Shown here piece after piece: positions 1 through 14,203 of a stretch of 64,000 nt of DNA. Each line of letters opens with the position of its first letter. Within the stretch, counting starts at the first letter, position 1. Source of the stretch: Octopus vulgaris (taxonomy: Eukaryota); the NCBI GenBank assembly GCA_951406725.2, contig OX597822.1, positions 53,444,001 to 53,508,000 on the forward strand, written 5' to 3'. The notes under the pieces are model-generated. The model had not been told where the DNA came from and did not search any database. It saw only the letters and a list, made by a program, of their open reading frames with translations. The position numbers and the translations under genes are program-made.

Positions 1-132
1 ACCATTCTGCCTAAATAATGGATCTACAGATGCAATATCCCTGCATATCTCACGTCTATTTTCATTCCTCCACTTCACTCTCTATTTCATATCTTATCTA
101 AAATAACTATTGCTTAACCATATTCTCAGACC

Positions 133-177
133 GCCTTCGATGAGGGGATGTACAAAAAACCCCGGAAGCTGTAAGAC
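133..177 (+). ncRNA. Degenerate type-I hammerhead ribozyme motif (PLE-tail type)
   Basis: gcct-TCGATGA-GGGG..CCCC-GGAAGCTGTA-AGAC. The downstream tail resembles the one after the 1881 motif and runs into (TA)n at 240. Confidence 0.5.
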
Positions 178-237
178 CTTCTATTTATAAATGTTCTAAA
201 TTCTTTCACAGCCTTGGATTTTTATCTCATTATGAAA

Positions 238-292
<55 letters not shown>

Positions 293-1880
293 CATTTCGG
301 GATCGTCATTGTTTTTCCTTTTTGCCAAATAAGCACACGCACTATATATTCGTTCTTCACGCGTTTACTGCTCTTCTTATTTTACCTGATGTTCATTGTC
401 CAGAAATCTTTCGTTACATGTATCTGCCTGCTCCATATGACCAAGCGGAGCTTAGTGCGTATGTTTATTTGGCAAAAAAAAATTACCGTCCCGAAATATA
501 ACAACATCTGTTTCAACACACGGTTTCACATCAGGAATCTTGCCACACAATTCACAAACGTGTGTGTGTGTGTGTGTGTGCGTGTGAAATTTGACAGCTG
601 ACCACTGCTGCTGCTACCTGCGGTTGTTTTTAGTTTAAGAGGCAAAGAGAAATAGGGTTTGCTAAGAAATAAAAGGGGGAAAATTTCCCTCAAGGGGAGG
701 GCATTGCTGAGAGAGAGATTTGTTTTATATATGCTTATTTTATTATGCCTCTATATGATTAATTCTTATTTGTTTTTCTTTATATATATATATATGTGTG
801 TTTGTGTATGTGTGTGTTCATGTATGAATGTATATGTATAGCTATGCTACGTATACTGCATTTAGCTTATGTATACAGTTTACCATATTCAGATTTGCTT
901 AGTTTTTTAATCGACGCAATGAATTAAATATCTTGATGTCTCTATTGACGAAGTTTCTCGAAATACTCACAACATCATTAGTGAAAATGATGCGGAACAT
1001 ATGGCTCTTATATCCAGCTATATATTATATTATAAACCTATTAGCATAACTGCTCGGGCTATTTAACAGCAAAGATTAAACGCTTAGTTGAGCGTTTAGT
1101 CTAAGCTAAATGCAATGTTGAGGGTCGCAGCATTGCATTTCAAAAGCATGCTAAATAAGGACAAAGAAAAAGTGACCCCAGTTTTAGAGCAAATTTGGGT
1201 GTAAGAGGTCAGTTTAGGGACAGAAAACAACTTACAAAATCTCTCTTTAGTGAATATATTCCATATCTGTACCACTTATCGCGGTCCTGGATCAAAGTTT
1301 AGAGCTGTTGTTTACTTCCCGCTCCATACTTGCTGATAAAATTTGGCTACACCATAGAACACTAAAGTTGGGTGATATCGCACATTACATACACACACAC
1401 ACCACACACATATACGCGTAAATATACATACATTTGTAAATCTATTTGTCAATGTTTCAACGAGAGACATTCAGTAACAGTACTCTACAGTAGAGATTAT
1501 TTGCCAACATAATGTGGCAGTCGAATGTAACTGTTATTTAGTCCCATGAAACATCGACTCCAGCTGGCTATTCGACACACTATCTGCGTCCTTATGTTTT
1601 CGAAGAAGAAAAGAGTTCAGAAAGGTGAAAGAAGTGAGAAAAGAAGTGTTAGTTGGTGGTCAGGATAATGTGAAGGGAGGATGGGAGAGGAGTGGGGAAG
1701 GGGTGGATAGGAAAATATGAAAAGGTGATCCACCCCTCCTCTCTCCTGTCCCTTCCTCCTCTGACATTATCTTTACCACCAACTGCCACTCCTTTTCTCA
1801 CTTCTTTTACTCTTTCTTCACTTTTATCATCCTTTTCGCTTTTTTTCTTTCTCTTTCTCTTTATCTCTTCATTTCACATC

Positions 1881-1922
1881 GTCTCTGCTGAAGGGATAAT
1901 ATACCAGAAACAGCTGTAAGAC
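1881..1922 (+). ncRNA. Type-I hammerhead ribozyme motif with A6C core change
   Basis: Stem I GTCT/AGAC, core CTGCTGA, short stem II GG/CC, GAAAC, palindromic stem III ACAGCTGT, cleavage triplet GTA. A TA run follows about 70 nt downstream. Confidence 0.65.
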
Positions 1923-2554
1923 TATATCTATATCTCTTTCCTTATAAATGTCCTGAAAAATCCTCACAGCCTTGACTTTATTTTTGTCTAATATATATAT
2001 ATACATGCTAATACAAGACCCAAGTTAAACTCCCCACTCATATCACTGTGGAAACATGAGTTTAACTACGGTCTGTCCATAGTACTTATTTAGTGTTATC
2101 TGCCATACTTTGGGTCTTCTAGATACCAATGCATTTTATAAAGATATGTATATATATATATAAACGTATATATATAAAACATATATATATATTTAAACAT
2201 ATAGTTATAAACATATATGTATATATACATATTTATGAACATATATACATATATATATATATATATAAATATATACAAAATATATACATATAATATATAT
2301 ATATAAACATATATAAATATATATATACATATATATATATACAAACATATAGACATATATATATAAACATATATATTTATACACATACACACACACACAA
2401 TATATATATATATATATATATAAACATATATACATATCTATGTAAGGATATATACATATATATATACAAATATATATAAACAAATATATGAATACATATA
2501 TATATAAATACATCTGCATATAAACTTATATATACAAACTAATATACATATATA

Positions 2555-2593
<39 letters not shown>

Positions 2594-2595
<2 letters not shown>

Positions 2596-2724
2596 TAGAA
2601 AAGCACTCGGAGAGCACTGGCCTCCGCCAATCAGCTTATTTCCACCCATATACACGTATGCTGAAAATCGCCCAATTTCCCAAACCAACGCCGGCAGAAA
2701 CATAACCTCCTTAGCGGGGGTTAA
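2594..2724 (-). mobile_element. Short Helentron-associated (HINE/DINE-like) non-autonomous element
   Basis: Plus-strand ends ACTAGAAAAGCACTCGGAGAGC..CCTCCGCCAA and AAACATAACCTCCTTAGCGGGGG give subterminal inverted repeats (CCTCCGCCAA/TTAGCGGGGG) plus a terminal hairpin, as in Helentron-derived elements. Confidence 0.55.
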
Positions 2725-3338
2725 AAAAAAATAAGTCGCTTTCACCACCACAACCAGTATAACCACTACAATACCACCATCACACAACTAACACTATCAT
2801 CAATACCACTATTACCACCATCACCTCAGCATCACACATCACACCGCTCCTGTCGCCATTATAACCACCGATACTATTTTATCCTCTTCCCATACTTATC
2901 TCGACCAACGTCATCATCAACACTGTATCTGTTTTCACCACAATCACCATCAAAACTACGATCACCACAATCAGTTTCTTTACACAGTTGAAAATTCATT
3001 ATCCGATAGCCATGGGACCGAGATTGTTGCAAATTTTTGATTTTTCTAATTTCAGATTTCTTTATTAAAAAACAAAAATTGCATCTACAAAACGGAACAG
3101 TTTGAGGGTAGAAACCAGGTCTAAACACAGTAGCTTATAGACATACTCTGAATGTTGTTCTACATAAACTTTAATAATTTTTTTTATACTTAAGACCATC
3201 AGAAATGTTAAGATATCAGCCCCTACCCACGTCGTCATGCTTTGATTAATAGGTTACAGCATTTACTAAGATAAATTTCGGCCGAAGTTGAGTCAGGCCG
3301 TGTCTAATGTAATAGCACCACCTGGAAGGGATATACAG

Positions 3339-3895
3339 TCAGCTCTGAAGAACCGTAGCCCATTCAAGAAGAGGGTTATTGTTTTCAGAGACATATCTGG
3401 ATGTGGGTGATTTATCTGGTATTTGTTGGGGGTAATCATCTAGGGATCGATTGAATGCCGTGAAGTCACTATCCTCCTTTGACGGCGGCGAGCTGGCAGA
3501 ATCGTTAGCACGCCGGGCGAAATGCTTAGCGGTATTTCGTCTGCTGCTACCTTCTGAGTTCAAATTCCGCCGAGGTCGACTTTGCCTTTCATCCTTTCGG
3601 GGTCGATTAAATAAGTACCAGTTACGCACTGGGGTCGATATAATCGACTTAATCCGTTTGTCTGTCCTTGTTTGTCCCCTCTGTGTGTAGCCCCTTGTGA
3701 GCAGTAAAGAAATAGGTATCCTCCTTTATGTGTGTCTGGCACGTTGTTGAAGAGAGCAAAGCCAATTGAGGTGAAATAGTTCTGGCATAGCGTTGTAATA
3801 TGACACGGACATTTCTGTAGTGGACGGATGGCATGGGGGCCAAGCCTCGGACAAATTTTAAAGATGGGCAATGTTGATGGAATATTTTCCACATC
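3339..3895 (-). pseudogene. CR1-group LINE ORF2 C-terminal fragment interrupted by a SINE
   Basis: ..PRLGPHAIRP..FTSIGFALFNNVP.. (3895-3720) continues past the SINE as KEDSDFTAFNRSLDDYPQQIPDKSPTSRYVSENNNPLLEWA*, matching the LFN.LP...FK..LD.FL..IPD.P C-terminal pattern. Confidence 0.65.
3481..3716 (+). mobile_element. tRNA-derived SINE family A (Nin-domain-like), full length with TSD
   Basis: A box TGGCAGAATCG, B box GAGTTCAAATTCC, central GTCGACTTTGCCTTTCATCCTTTCGGGGTCGAT. 11-bp TSD TATCCTCCTTT at 3470-3480 and 3717-3727. Confidence 0.9.
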
Positions 3896-3989
3896 ATACA
3901 GATGATATAGAGCTCACAGTGGCGGTGGAGGAAGCAAAGACTGAGCTTTTTGAGTCGATCCCAATAGTCAAGGCTTGTGATGTCATCCC

Positions 3990-4348
3990 CCGCAGACCTC
4001 CGCCAAACAGTTCATTTAAAGATAGATACGCAAGTAAAATTACTAATAGAGAAACGAAATAAACTTTGGAATCAGCAATGCCACCATAGGCAACATGGAA
4101 ATGATGAACGTGTTTTTAAGGGAGATAACCAAAGAACGTAACATTGTAAATGAAAAATCATTCAAGAATCCATAAAAATTTCCGGATCACTACCAAAATT
4201 TAATTACCAACTTTTCCTGCAAGCTTCATTACCAACTGTTCCTGCAAGTTTCATCCCATAGCGTTCACACCTTTTTGAGTTATTTTGCACACAGACATAC
4301 AGGCCAACACCGCTGAAAACATAACATCCCTCCTTGATGGAGGTAAAA
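3990..4348 (-). mobile_element. Second Helentron-associated (HINE-like) element
   Basis: CGCAGACCTCCGCCAA near 3990 and GAAAACATAACATCCCTCCTTGATGGAGGTAA near 4316-4346, the same termini as the 2594 element. Confidence 0.5.
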
Positions 4349-4481
4349 AATATATAAACATATATATATATATATATACACATGTATATATATATATATG
4401 CATAAACATATATACATAAGTAAATATATAGACATATATGTATATAAAACAACATATATATATACACACATATACATATAC

Positions 4482-4528
<47 letters not shown>

Positions 4529-4824
4529 CATATATACATATATATATATATATATGTATATATCATATATATATATATATGTATACATTCATAGAAACAT
4601 ATACATATATATAAACATATATACAAATATATATATATATATATAAAGATATATGTATATAAATGTATATATATATATATCTATAAACATATATGCATAT
4701 ATATAAACATATATATATATATATATATATATATGTATAATCATATATATATATAAACATATATACATATATATATATAAACATATATGCATATATATAA
4801 ACATATATGCATATATATAAAAAC

Positions 4825-4871
<47 letters not shown>

Positions 4872-5205
4872 AACTCATATAAACTTTTATATCAGCGATG
4901 TGTAGCAACATCTGATAGCCTGGTCGGTCACGGTGATCACGGTGATATTAACATATATATGTATATACACACCTTTTCATTTGGAGAGAAGTTCATCTTG
5001 AAATCTCCGAAGCTGTATTATATTATGTTTCTTAGTTGTACACCATATTACACTTAAATATACGCCATTAAGATGCACTTCTTTTAAATGGTTCCGAAAA
5101 AGCATTAAGATTTTGCATGACCAGCAATCTCTGAGTGCACCTGTACACACTACAGAAGCTAGTGAATGTGATAGTGTACTTTCTGTTCTCTTATCTCTCT
5201 TGTAT

Positions 5206-5261
<56 letters not shown>

Positions 5262-5289
5262 TCTTTGCTTTATATATATATATATATAT

Positions 5290-5449
5290 GCAGAAGACGC
5301 TGTGTGGTAAGTAGCTTGCTTACAAACGACATGTTTCCGGCTTCTGTCCCACTGCGTGGCACCTTGGGCAAGTTTCTTCTACTATAGCCTCGGGCCGACC
5401 AAAGCCTTGTGAGCGGATTTGGTAGACGTAAACTGGAAGAAGTCCGTCG

Positions 5450-5541
<92 letters not shown>

Positions 5542-5763
5542 TGTATGTATATATATGTGTGTGTGTGTGTGTGTGTCTATGTTTTTGCGTCTGTTTGTCC
5601 CCCCAGCATCACCTGACAACCGATGCTGGTGTGTTTGCGTCCCCGTAACTTACCGGTTCGGCATAAACGACCGATAGAATAAGTACTAGGCTTACTAAGA
5701 ATAAGCTCTGGGGTCGATTTGCGACTATAAAGGCGTTGCTCCAGCATATGCGCAATCAAATGA
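5290..5763 (+). mobile_element. SINE family B (tRNA-like head, CORE-like CCTTGGGCAAG, internal TA/TG microsatellite)
   Basis: Colinear with copies at 11690, 16465, 26932 and 41793; expanded internal (TA)n(TATG)n(TG)n. Confidence 0.85.
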
Positions 5764-5809
5764 TTATGTAAGGAGCAGCTTACATATAGTCAAATGACTA
5801 TATGTAAGG

Positions 5810-6027
5810 AGCACTCCGTCGATTACGACGACGAGTATCCCTGTTGATACGATCAACGTAACAGGCAGCTCGTGAAATTAACGTGCATGTGGCTGAGCAC
5901 TCCACAAACACGTGTACCCTTAACGTAGTTTTCATGGAGATTCAGCGTGACACAAAGTGTGACGAGGCTGGCCCTTTGAAATGCAGGAACTACTAATTTT
6001 TGCCAGCTAAGTAAACTTGAGCAACGC
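5810..6027 (-). mobile_element. 3' part of SINE family C
   Basis: Reverse complement of the 28350-28510 segment (GTTAAGGGTACACGTGT..TTAATTTCACGAGC..GACGGAGTGC). Confidence 0.8.
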
Positions 6028-6028
6028 T

Positions 6029-6064
<36 letters not shown>

Positions 6065-6074
<10 letters not shown>

Positions 6075-6441
6075 GTATAGGAAGAAATGGAGCTGAACGA
6101 AGATTTAACAAAATTCCTTTTTATTATTTTCTACATATGTTTCAAAGGCTGCAAAGTCCCTAATTCGGATTGAATAAGGAGACCATTTTGCAGCCTTCTC
6201 TTCGGGAAATTCCAGGAACTTAATTCTCCAACAAAATGCGCGAGCGTTTGTCGAAAAGTTTGATGCGCATTTTGTTGGAGAATTAAGTTCCTGGAATTTC
6301 CCGAAGAAAAGGCTGCAAAATGGTCTCCTTATTCAATCCGAATTAGGGACTTTGCAGCCTTTGAAACATATGTAGAAAATAATAAAAAGGAATTTTGTTA
6401 AATCTTCGTTCAGCTCCATTTCTTCCTATACTAAATATATA
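6065..6441. repeat. Near-perfect fold-back with 177-bp arms and 23-bp spacer; each arm carries a hammerhead motif
   Basis: 6065-6241 is the reverse complement of 6265-6441 with one mismatch seen. (TA)n lies on the left and a short TA run on the right. Confidence 0.95.
6297..6378 (+). ncRNA. Type-I hammerhead ribozyme (mirror copy at 6128-6209, minus)
   Basis: TTTC-CCGAAGA-AAAGGCTGCAAA..TTTGCAGCCTTT-GAAAC-ATAT-GTA-GAAA: 12-bp stem II and palindromic stem III ACATATGT. Confidence 0.8.
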
Positions 6442-6722
6442 AACTTCAAATTTCCGCATTAAGGCACGGGTTTGAGACCTCATTGTTGTAACCTCAACCG
6501 TGAATTTTCTGTTGTGATTTTTGCTACCCAGGTATCGGTTATCTTTTGAATAATCCGTAACAAGATAATTCATTTATCCATTTCAATAATAATACTATAT
6601 ATATATATATATATATGTATGTATATATATATATATGTGTGTGTGTGTGCATATGAGTGTGTATATGTATATTTATATATACATGCATTAGCCCTCTGAA
6701 CTTTTTTGACCGTCTTTTAAAC

Positions 6723-6845
6723 TCTCTGATGAACCTTAGAGGCACACCCAATACCCTGATATTATCTACCGATCACTACAGAACACTGAAGAAATGGAAA
6801 TAACATGTGGTGTATTGTGACCTCTTGGCAGAAACGGTTGTAAGA
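6723..6845 (+). ncRNA. Type-I hammerhead ribozyme with long stem-II insertion
   Basis: TCT-CTGATGA-ACCTTAGAGGCAC..(~70 nt)..GTGACCTCTTGGCA-GAAAC-GGTT-GTA-AGA. Confidence 0.6.
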
Positions 6846-6969
6846 AACTGTTCTTTTACTTTTTCTATTCTAGGAATTACTGGTACTTATGTATGTAATA
6901 CACAGTCTTTACATGTGTATATATATTCTCATAATTGTTTAAAATAAATAAATAGACATAATATAATTC

Positions 6970-8362
<1,393 letters not shown>

Positions 8363-8518
8363 AATTCTTAAGAACGGGGCAGCTGATCATATTGACCCCA
8401 GTCCATTACTGGTAATAATAGTATCAATCTTAGGCGAATAAAACGTAAAGCTGACCTGAGTGTGATTCGAAATCAGGACGTAAAGAAGAGTAACTAAATA
8501 TATATATATAGAGAGAGA

Positions 8519-8519
8519 G

Positions 8520-8598
<79 letters not shown>
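8519..8598. repeat. (GATA)n microsatellite
   Basis: Direct reading. Confidence 0.97.
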
Positions 8599-10183
8599 CA
8601 CATACATATATATACATATGTGTATGTATGTATGTATACTAGTATTATTTGAAGGAAAAGGAACATGTATTTGTACGATTATAGGAAAATATTTAGTATT
8701 ATCATAAGGTGTTATTATCTGTGCTATTATAGGGCTCCATCGTTATAAGCGTCACATAAGGAGATGGAATATTAATTTGATATCAATTGTTACCAATTGC
8801 CATCAACATATTAACTATACTGGGAGAATGTAGAACTGGACTATATTTATTTCATTTCAATGTTCACTTTAAGCACAGGATCCAATATCCAACGTCAATG
8901 ATTCTTTCCTATTATTCCCTTGATGAGACAGTCGTTATGATCGAATTTCTATGGAAACATTTCGTTTTCTAAGACATGAAGTCTGTTGAAATGGTCTTTG
9001 TAAACCGAAGTTTTATTACTATGCTGATATGATGCTGTGAGAAGCGAAAGTGAATGCATGTGAATAGAAAGGTGTATAGAAAATATGTTAATGAAAAGAG
9101 GAAGACTAAATATGTAGATTACAGAAGGGATGGATCTGTAGATAAAATGCAAGCTGCTAGCTGACGTCAATAGAACAGAAAATAAAGTAGTAATGGTTTT
9201 GCTGTTAGACGAAATATGAATTCCACTTCAATCTTCATCTATTTGTTTCACTTAGCATTTACACACTCACAGTGGCACACATGTATGTATGTATAAGGAA
9301 TGAGATAAAAAAAAAACTTAATAACGGAATGCATAATGTAATATAAACAATACATTTTTATTATATGCTTTGTGTAAGCTAATAAACTAATATAATTTAA
9401 TATTTTTAGAAATTGGTTTTTGAAATATCTTCAGTATAATAAATAATAAGTGAGAGAAATACTGTAAAGTCAATATCATTTTTTATTTAAACCTATTCTT
9501 TCTTTATTATGCAAAGCTCAGTTCCTTTTTTGTTTCTGCAGTTCTTATGGACGTCGCGATTCCGGTAATGGTATGGGAATGGAAAAGAGGAAAGCACACC
9601 TGCAATAAATCATTCTCAAAATTATATTTCTATTTGAAAGTTACCCAATACTGCCAGCTGTATGTTTGACTAACGTGAGAGTGGCTGCAATAAATAAGTT
9701 GATTTTATTGGTAACTATAAAATTGAGGCAATAATTTAAAGGTTTCTTTCAAGGTTCGACTCTCATTTGACAACAAATGACAGTTCGGCAGAGGCTGAAG
9801 GAAATATCGATGAATAAAAAAAGTCTGTGATAATATAGAACATGAAAAGTAAAAGAAATTTAGTCGATAACAAAATGTTGGTCTTCTGTCGATTAGATAT
9901 ACACATAGTTCATTATTTTAGGGTAGAGGTGAGCTTCATAGAGGATGATGTATGTAGTTGGCAAAGAAAGATCATGACGTGGTTTCAATTCCTAGCTGAA
10001 AATATTTTACATTACTTCCACTGCGAATGTCCTTCTAAATTACATGAACGTCCCTTTTTTCCATTATTCTAAAATATACAGTTTTAAAGACTGGGATGAA
10101 TGAATCTTAACATAATGAGTAATTCAAAGATGAAACCGAAGCAGGGTTACTTTAATCAATTTTGTCGACCTCATGTACCTAAC

Positions 10184-10504
10184 GTACAGAAACTGTGTAT
10201 TTTCCGGTAGGCTGCGATATGGCGTGGTGGAAATCACTCTCTCAAAACGCCGGGCGTTAAAACACCTGACAGTCATAGACAGGCGAGCCAACTCATAGCA
10301 GATCCCATTCAGGATCGATTGACATCGATGTTTCGCCATTTTTGTGGTTTATGACGAAACATCAATGTCCATCACTCCGGAATGGTTTTGGGGGTGAGTT
10401 GTATCGCCTGTCTATGATATTCAGGTGCTTTAACACTCTGCACTTTAAGACAGGCATCCCCACCTCGCTAAATCACAGCCTACCGGAAAATACACAGATT
10501 TTGT
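10184..10504. mobile_element. Diverged palindromic (MITE/fold-back-like) element, ~155-bp arms and ~11-bp spacer
   Basis: Left arm ACAGAAACTGTGTATTTTCCGGTAGGCTG..GATGTTTCGCCAT aligns with the reverse complement of ATGACGAAACATC..CAGCCTACCGGAAAATACACAGATTTTGT. A related partial copy lies at about 12570-12680. Confidence 0.8.
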
Positions 10505-10820
10505 GCCTTAATTATATGTTTATAATGAGTGTATAGTATACCAGGTTAGACCTAATCGCCTATACCCATCTACAGAAATAGATTGGATCAAGAATCAGAG
10601 CCAAGTTGTGAAATACTGATTTCTTAAAAACGGCGCAGCTGATTATATTGACCTCTGTCCAATACTGGTAATAATAGTATCGATCTCAGGCGGATAAAAG
10701 GCAAATCTGACTTGGGTGTGATTCGAAATAAGTGCATAAAGAAGAGAAACTAAATACTGAAAGATAATTTGTTCGACGCTCGACAATACAGAAACGCTTA
10801 TTGTTTTAAAAAAGATAAAA

Positions 10821-11034
10821 AGCGACAAACTGGCAGAATCGTTAGCACGCCCGGCAAAATGCTTAGCGGCATTTCATCCGTCTTTACATTCTGATTTCAA
10901 ATATTGCCGAGGTCGACTTTGCCTTTCGTCTTTTGGGGGGATGATGAAATAAGTATCAGTTAAACACTAGAGTCGATGTAATCGACTTAACTCCCCCCCT
11001 GAACTTACTGCCCTTGCGCCAAAATTTGAAATCA
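10821..11034 (+). mobile_element. SINE family A
   Basis: A/B boxes and Nin-like core as in the 3481 copy; variant tail ending GCCAAAATTTGAAATC. Confidence 0.85.
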
Positions 11035-11689
11035 TTATTTTAAAAGGATGGAAAGGAGGTAGGGTAGTATAACCTTCGTGCATATCCCAGGGGTACTGCT
11101 AACACGAATGAAATGAAACGGTCTCGAACTAGAATGAAAACTGCGATCAATTAAAGTTAACTTTATGTATTACTGATGCTTATTTTATCAACTTCTAGAA
11201 ATGAAGTTGGCACCATTTGACTGCAGAGCAAAACTGAATAAAGTCTCTAATTTAGTGAGCTATCATTTCAACCATCATAATTCTTTTTGAAATAATCGGA
11301 TTTTTCTACTAGGGTTTTTCGGGGAAGCATATATGGGGATGTGAGAAGTTCTTGCCCTTCTCATTACTATTTTGGAAAACAGGCCATAAATGTTGCTACT
11401 AACCTTCAATGCTTACTCATAGCATCGTCTCCTTTGAACTAAGAGCAGAAATGCATTTGTTTGAACCTAATCCAATATGTTGTCACTCCTATTTTTTCAA
11501 CTTCACTCCTTATGTTATTGCAGTAACGTGATTTCGAGTACTTTCGGCAAGTGTTTGCTAACATAACCTCAAATTAAACAATATGTGAATAGTGTTTACA
11601 AGGGGGAGATAAGCACCTCCACCCATCTAAGCCAGCATCCAGAGACTAGTTTCTGAGTCTTTGCTCGTCCTCAGTCTGGAACAGCATGT

Positions 11690-12085
11690 CGTGGTAAGTA
11701 GCTTGCTTAACAACCACATGGTTCCAGGTTCAGTCCCACAGCGTGGCACCTTAGGCAAGTGTCTTCTAATATAGCCTCGGGTCGACCAATGTCTTGTGAG
11801 TGGATTTGGTAGACGGAAACTGAAAGAATCCCGTCGTATATATGTATATATATATATAGGTATGTGTGTATATGTTTGTATGTCTGTGTTTGTCCCCCCA
11901 ACATCGCTAGACAACCGATGATGGTGCGCTTACGTCCCCGTAATTTAGCGGTTCGGCAAAAGAGATCGATAGAATAAGTACTAGGTTTACAAAGAATAAG
12001 TCCTGGGGTCGATTTGCTCGACTAAAAGCGGTGCTCCAGCATGGCCGCAATTAAATGACTGAAACAAGTAAAAGAGTAAAAGAGT
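11690..12085 (+). mobile_element. SINE family B
   Basis: GTGGTAAGTAGCTTGC head through the GACTGAAACAAGTAAAAGAG tail. Confidence 0.9.
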
Positions 12086-12101
12086 GTGTGGGTGATAGAA
12101 A

Positions 12102-12433
12102 CTCTGCAGATACCCGTATTATATATTTGCATGGTGGACTCCCCCGCCGAAGACGAGGTATGAGCGTTCAGCTTTGTACTCAACAGCCTGCACAAATGGT
12201 TTGTTTATAGTGATCAAATGTTCGTGCCGCACATTAGCTCATTCCTTCCATCAAATCGACGTTGTCTGAACAGGTGCACGGCGTACCACCCGTCAGGTGT
12301 CGAAGTGAACGCAGAGCGAAGCGAGATGAAGCGTTTTGCTCAAGAGCACAACGCACCAACCGGTCTAGGAATTGAACTCACGATCAAGCGATCGTAAGTG
12401 CAATACTCTAACCGCTAGGCCATGCACCCTCAC
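12102..12433 (-). mobile_element. tRNA-derived CORE-like SINE (family D-type head, different tail)
   Basis: Minus strand reads GTGAGGGTGCATGGCCTAGCGGTTAGAG..GAGTTCAATTCC..CTCTTGAGCAAA. Confidence 0.7.
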
Positions 12434-12434
12434 A

Positions 12435-12480
<46 letters not shown>

Positions 12481-12686
12481 TGTGAGTGTGTGTTATCGAG
12501 TGCACATCCTCAATGTACGTGTTTTGTCACAGCGAGATATGGCTTGGGGACAACCCCTATTAACATTGGGTGTTAAAGTATATGAAAGTCATATACAGGC
12601 GACACAACTCGGCGCAGATCGAATTCAGGATTGATGGATGCCATCACTCCATTTTTGTGACTTATCACCATCATGTACCTGAATCG

Positions 12687-12736
<50 letters not shown>

Positions 12737-12753
12737 TATATATATATATATTT

Positions 12754-12796
<43 letters not shown>

Positions 12797-12818
12797 TTAT
12801 ATATATTTATATATATAT

Positions 12819-12854
<36 letters not shown>

Positions 12855-12890
12855 TATATATTTTTATTATATATATATATTTTTATATTT

Positions 12891-13275
<385 letters not shown>

Positions 13276-13311
13276 ATATATATATACATTATATATATAT
13301 ATATATATATA

Positions 13312-13373
<62 letters not shown>

Positions 13374-13503
13374 TTATTTATATATATATGTATATATTTA
13401 TTTATATATATATATATTTATTTATATATATATATATATATATTTATTTATATATATATATATATTATTTATATATATATTTATATTTATTTATATATAT
13501 ATA

Positions 13504-13575
<72 letters not shown>

Positions 13576-13611
13576 TTATATATATAATATATATTTATAT
13601 ATATAAATATA

Positions 13612-13665
<54 letters not shown>

Positions 13666-13909
13666 TGTTCTGTCTTGGGAGAGTCACTGCGCCAATAATA
13701 ATAACACACGCACAGGTTCAATTCCACTTCATTATTATAAATCAATGGGATAACTATCTGAACTACTAATTGATCGATAGTTGTGGCTGAACAATTAATC
13801 AGTTGTTTATTTATCCATATATATATATAATTCACACACACACGTACCCACACACACTACCCACATACACGCGCACACACACACATGCTAATTCTTTCAA
13901 TCTTTTTTT

Positions 13910-14203
13910 TTATTTCAGTCATTTGACTGCAGTCATGTCGGAGCACCGTCTTAAATGATTTTAGTCGAAGAAATAGACCCCATAACATAAACACACCAGC
14001 ATCGATTGTCAAGCGATGGCGATGGGGACAAACACAGATACAAACACACAAATATATATATATATGAAGGGCTTCTTTCAGTTTCCATCTACCAAATCCG
14101 ACCCGAGGTTATAGTAGAAAATAGTTGCCCAAGGTGCCACGCAGTAGGACTGAACCCAGAACCGCGTGATTGGGAAGCCAGCTTCTTACCACACAGTCAC
14201 GTG
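13910..14203 (-). mobile_element. SINE family B, internally deleted
   Basis: Reverse complement of the family B head, CORE-like segment and tail. Confidence 0.8.

Noticed and set aside
3339-3690. Recurrent ORFs such as RPRKDERQSRPRRNLNSE and CHAVGLNPEP appearing as a gene family
   Set aside because: They are chance translations of SINE A and SINE B consensus sequence.
9542-9570. Possible plus-strand micro-exon (and a similar 80-nt candidate near 22657-22736)
   Set aside because: Splice-like signals only, with no recognisable peptide or partner exons.
11330-11620. Possible mariner-like terminal sequence
   Set aside because: No matching second TIR or transposase remnant could be identified.
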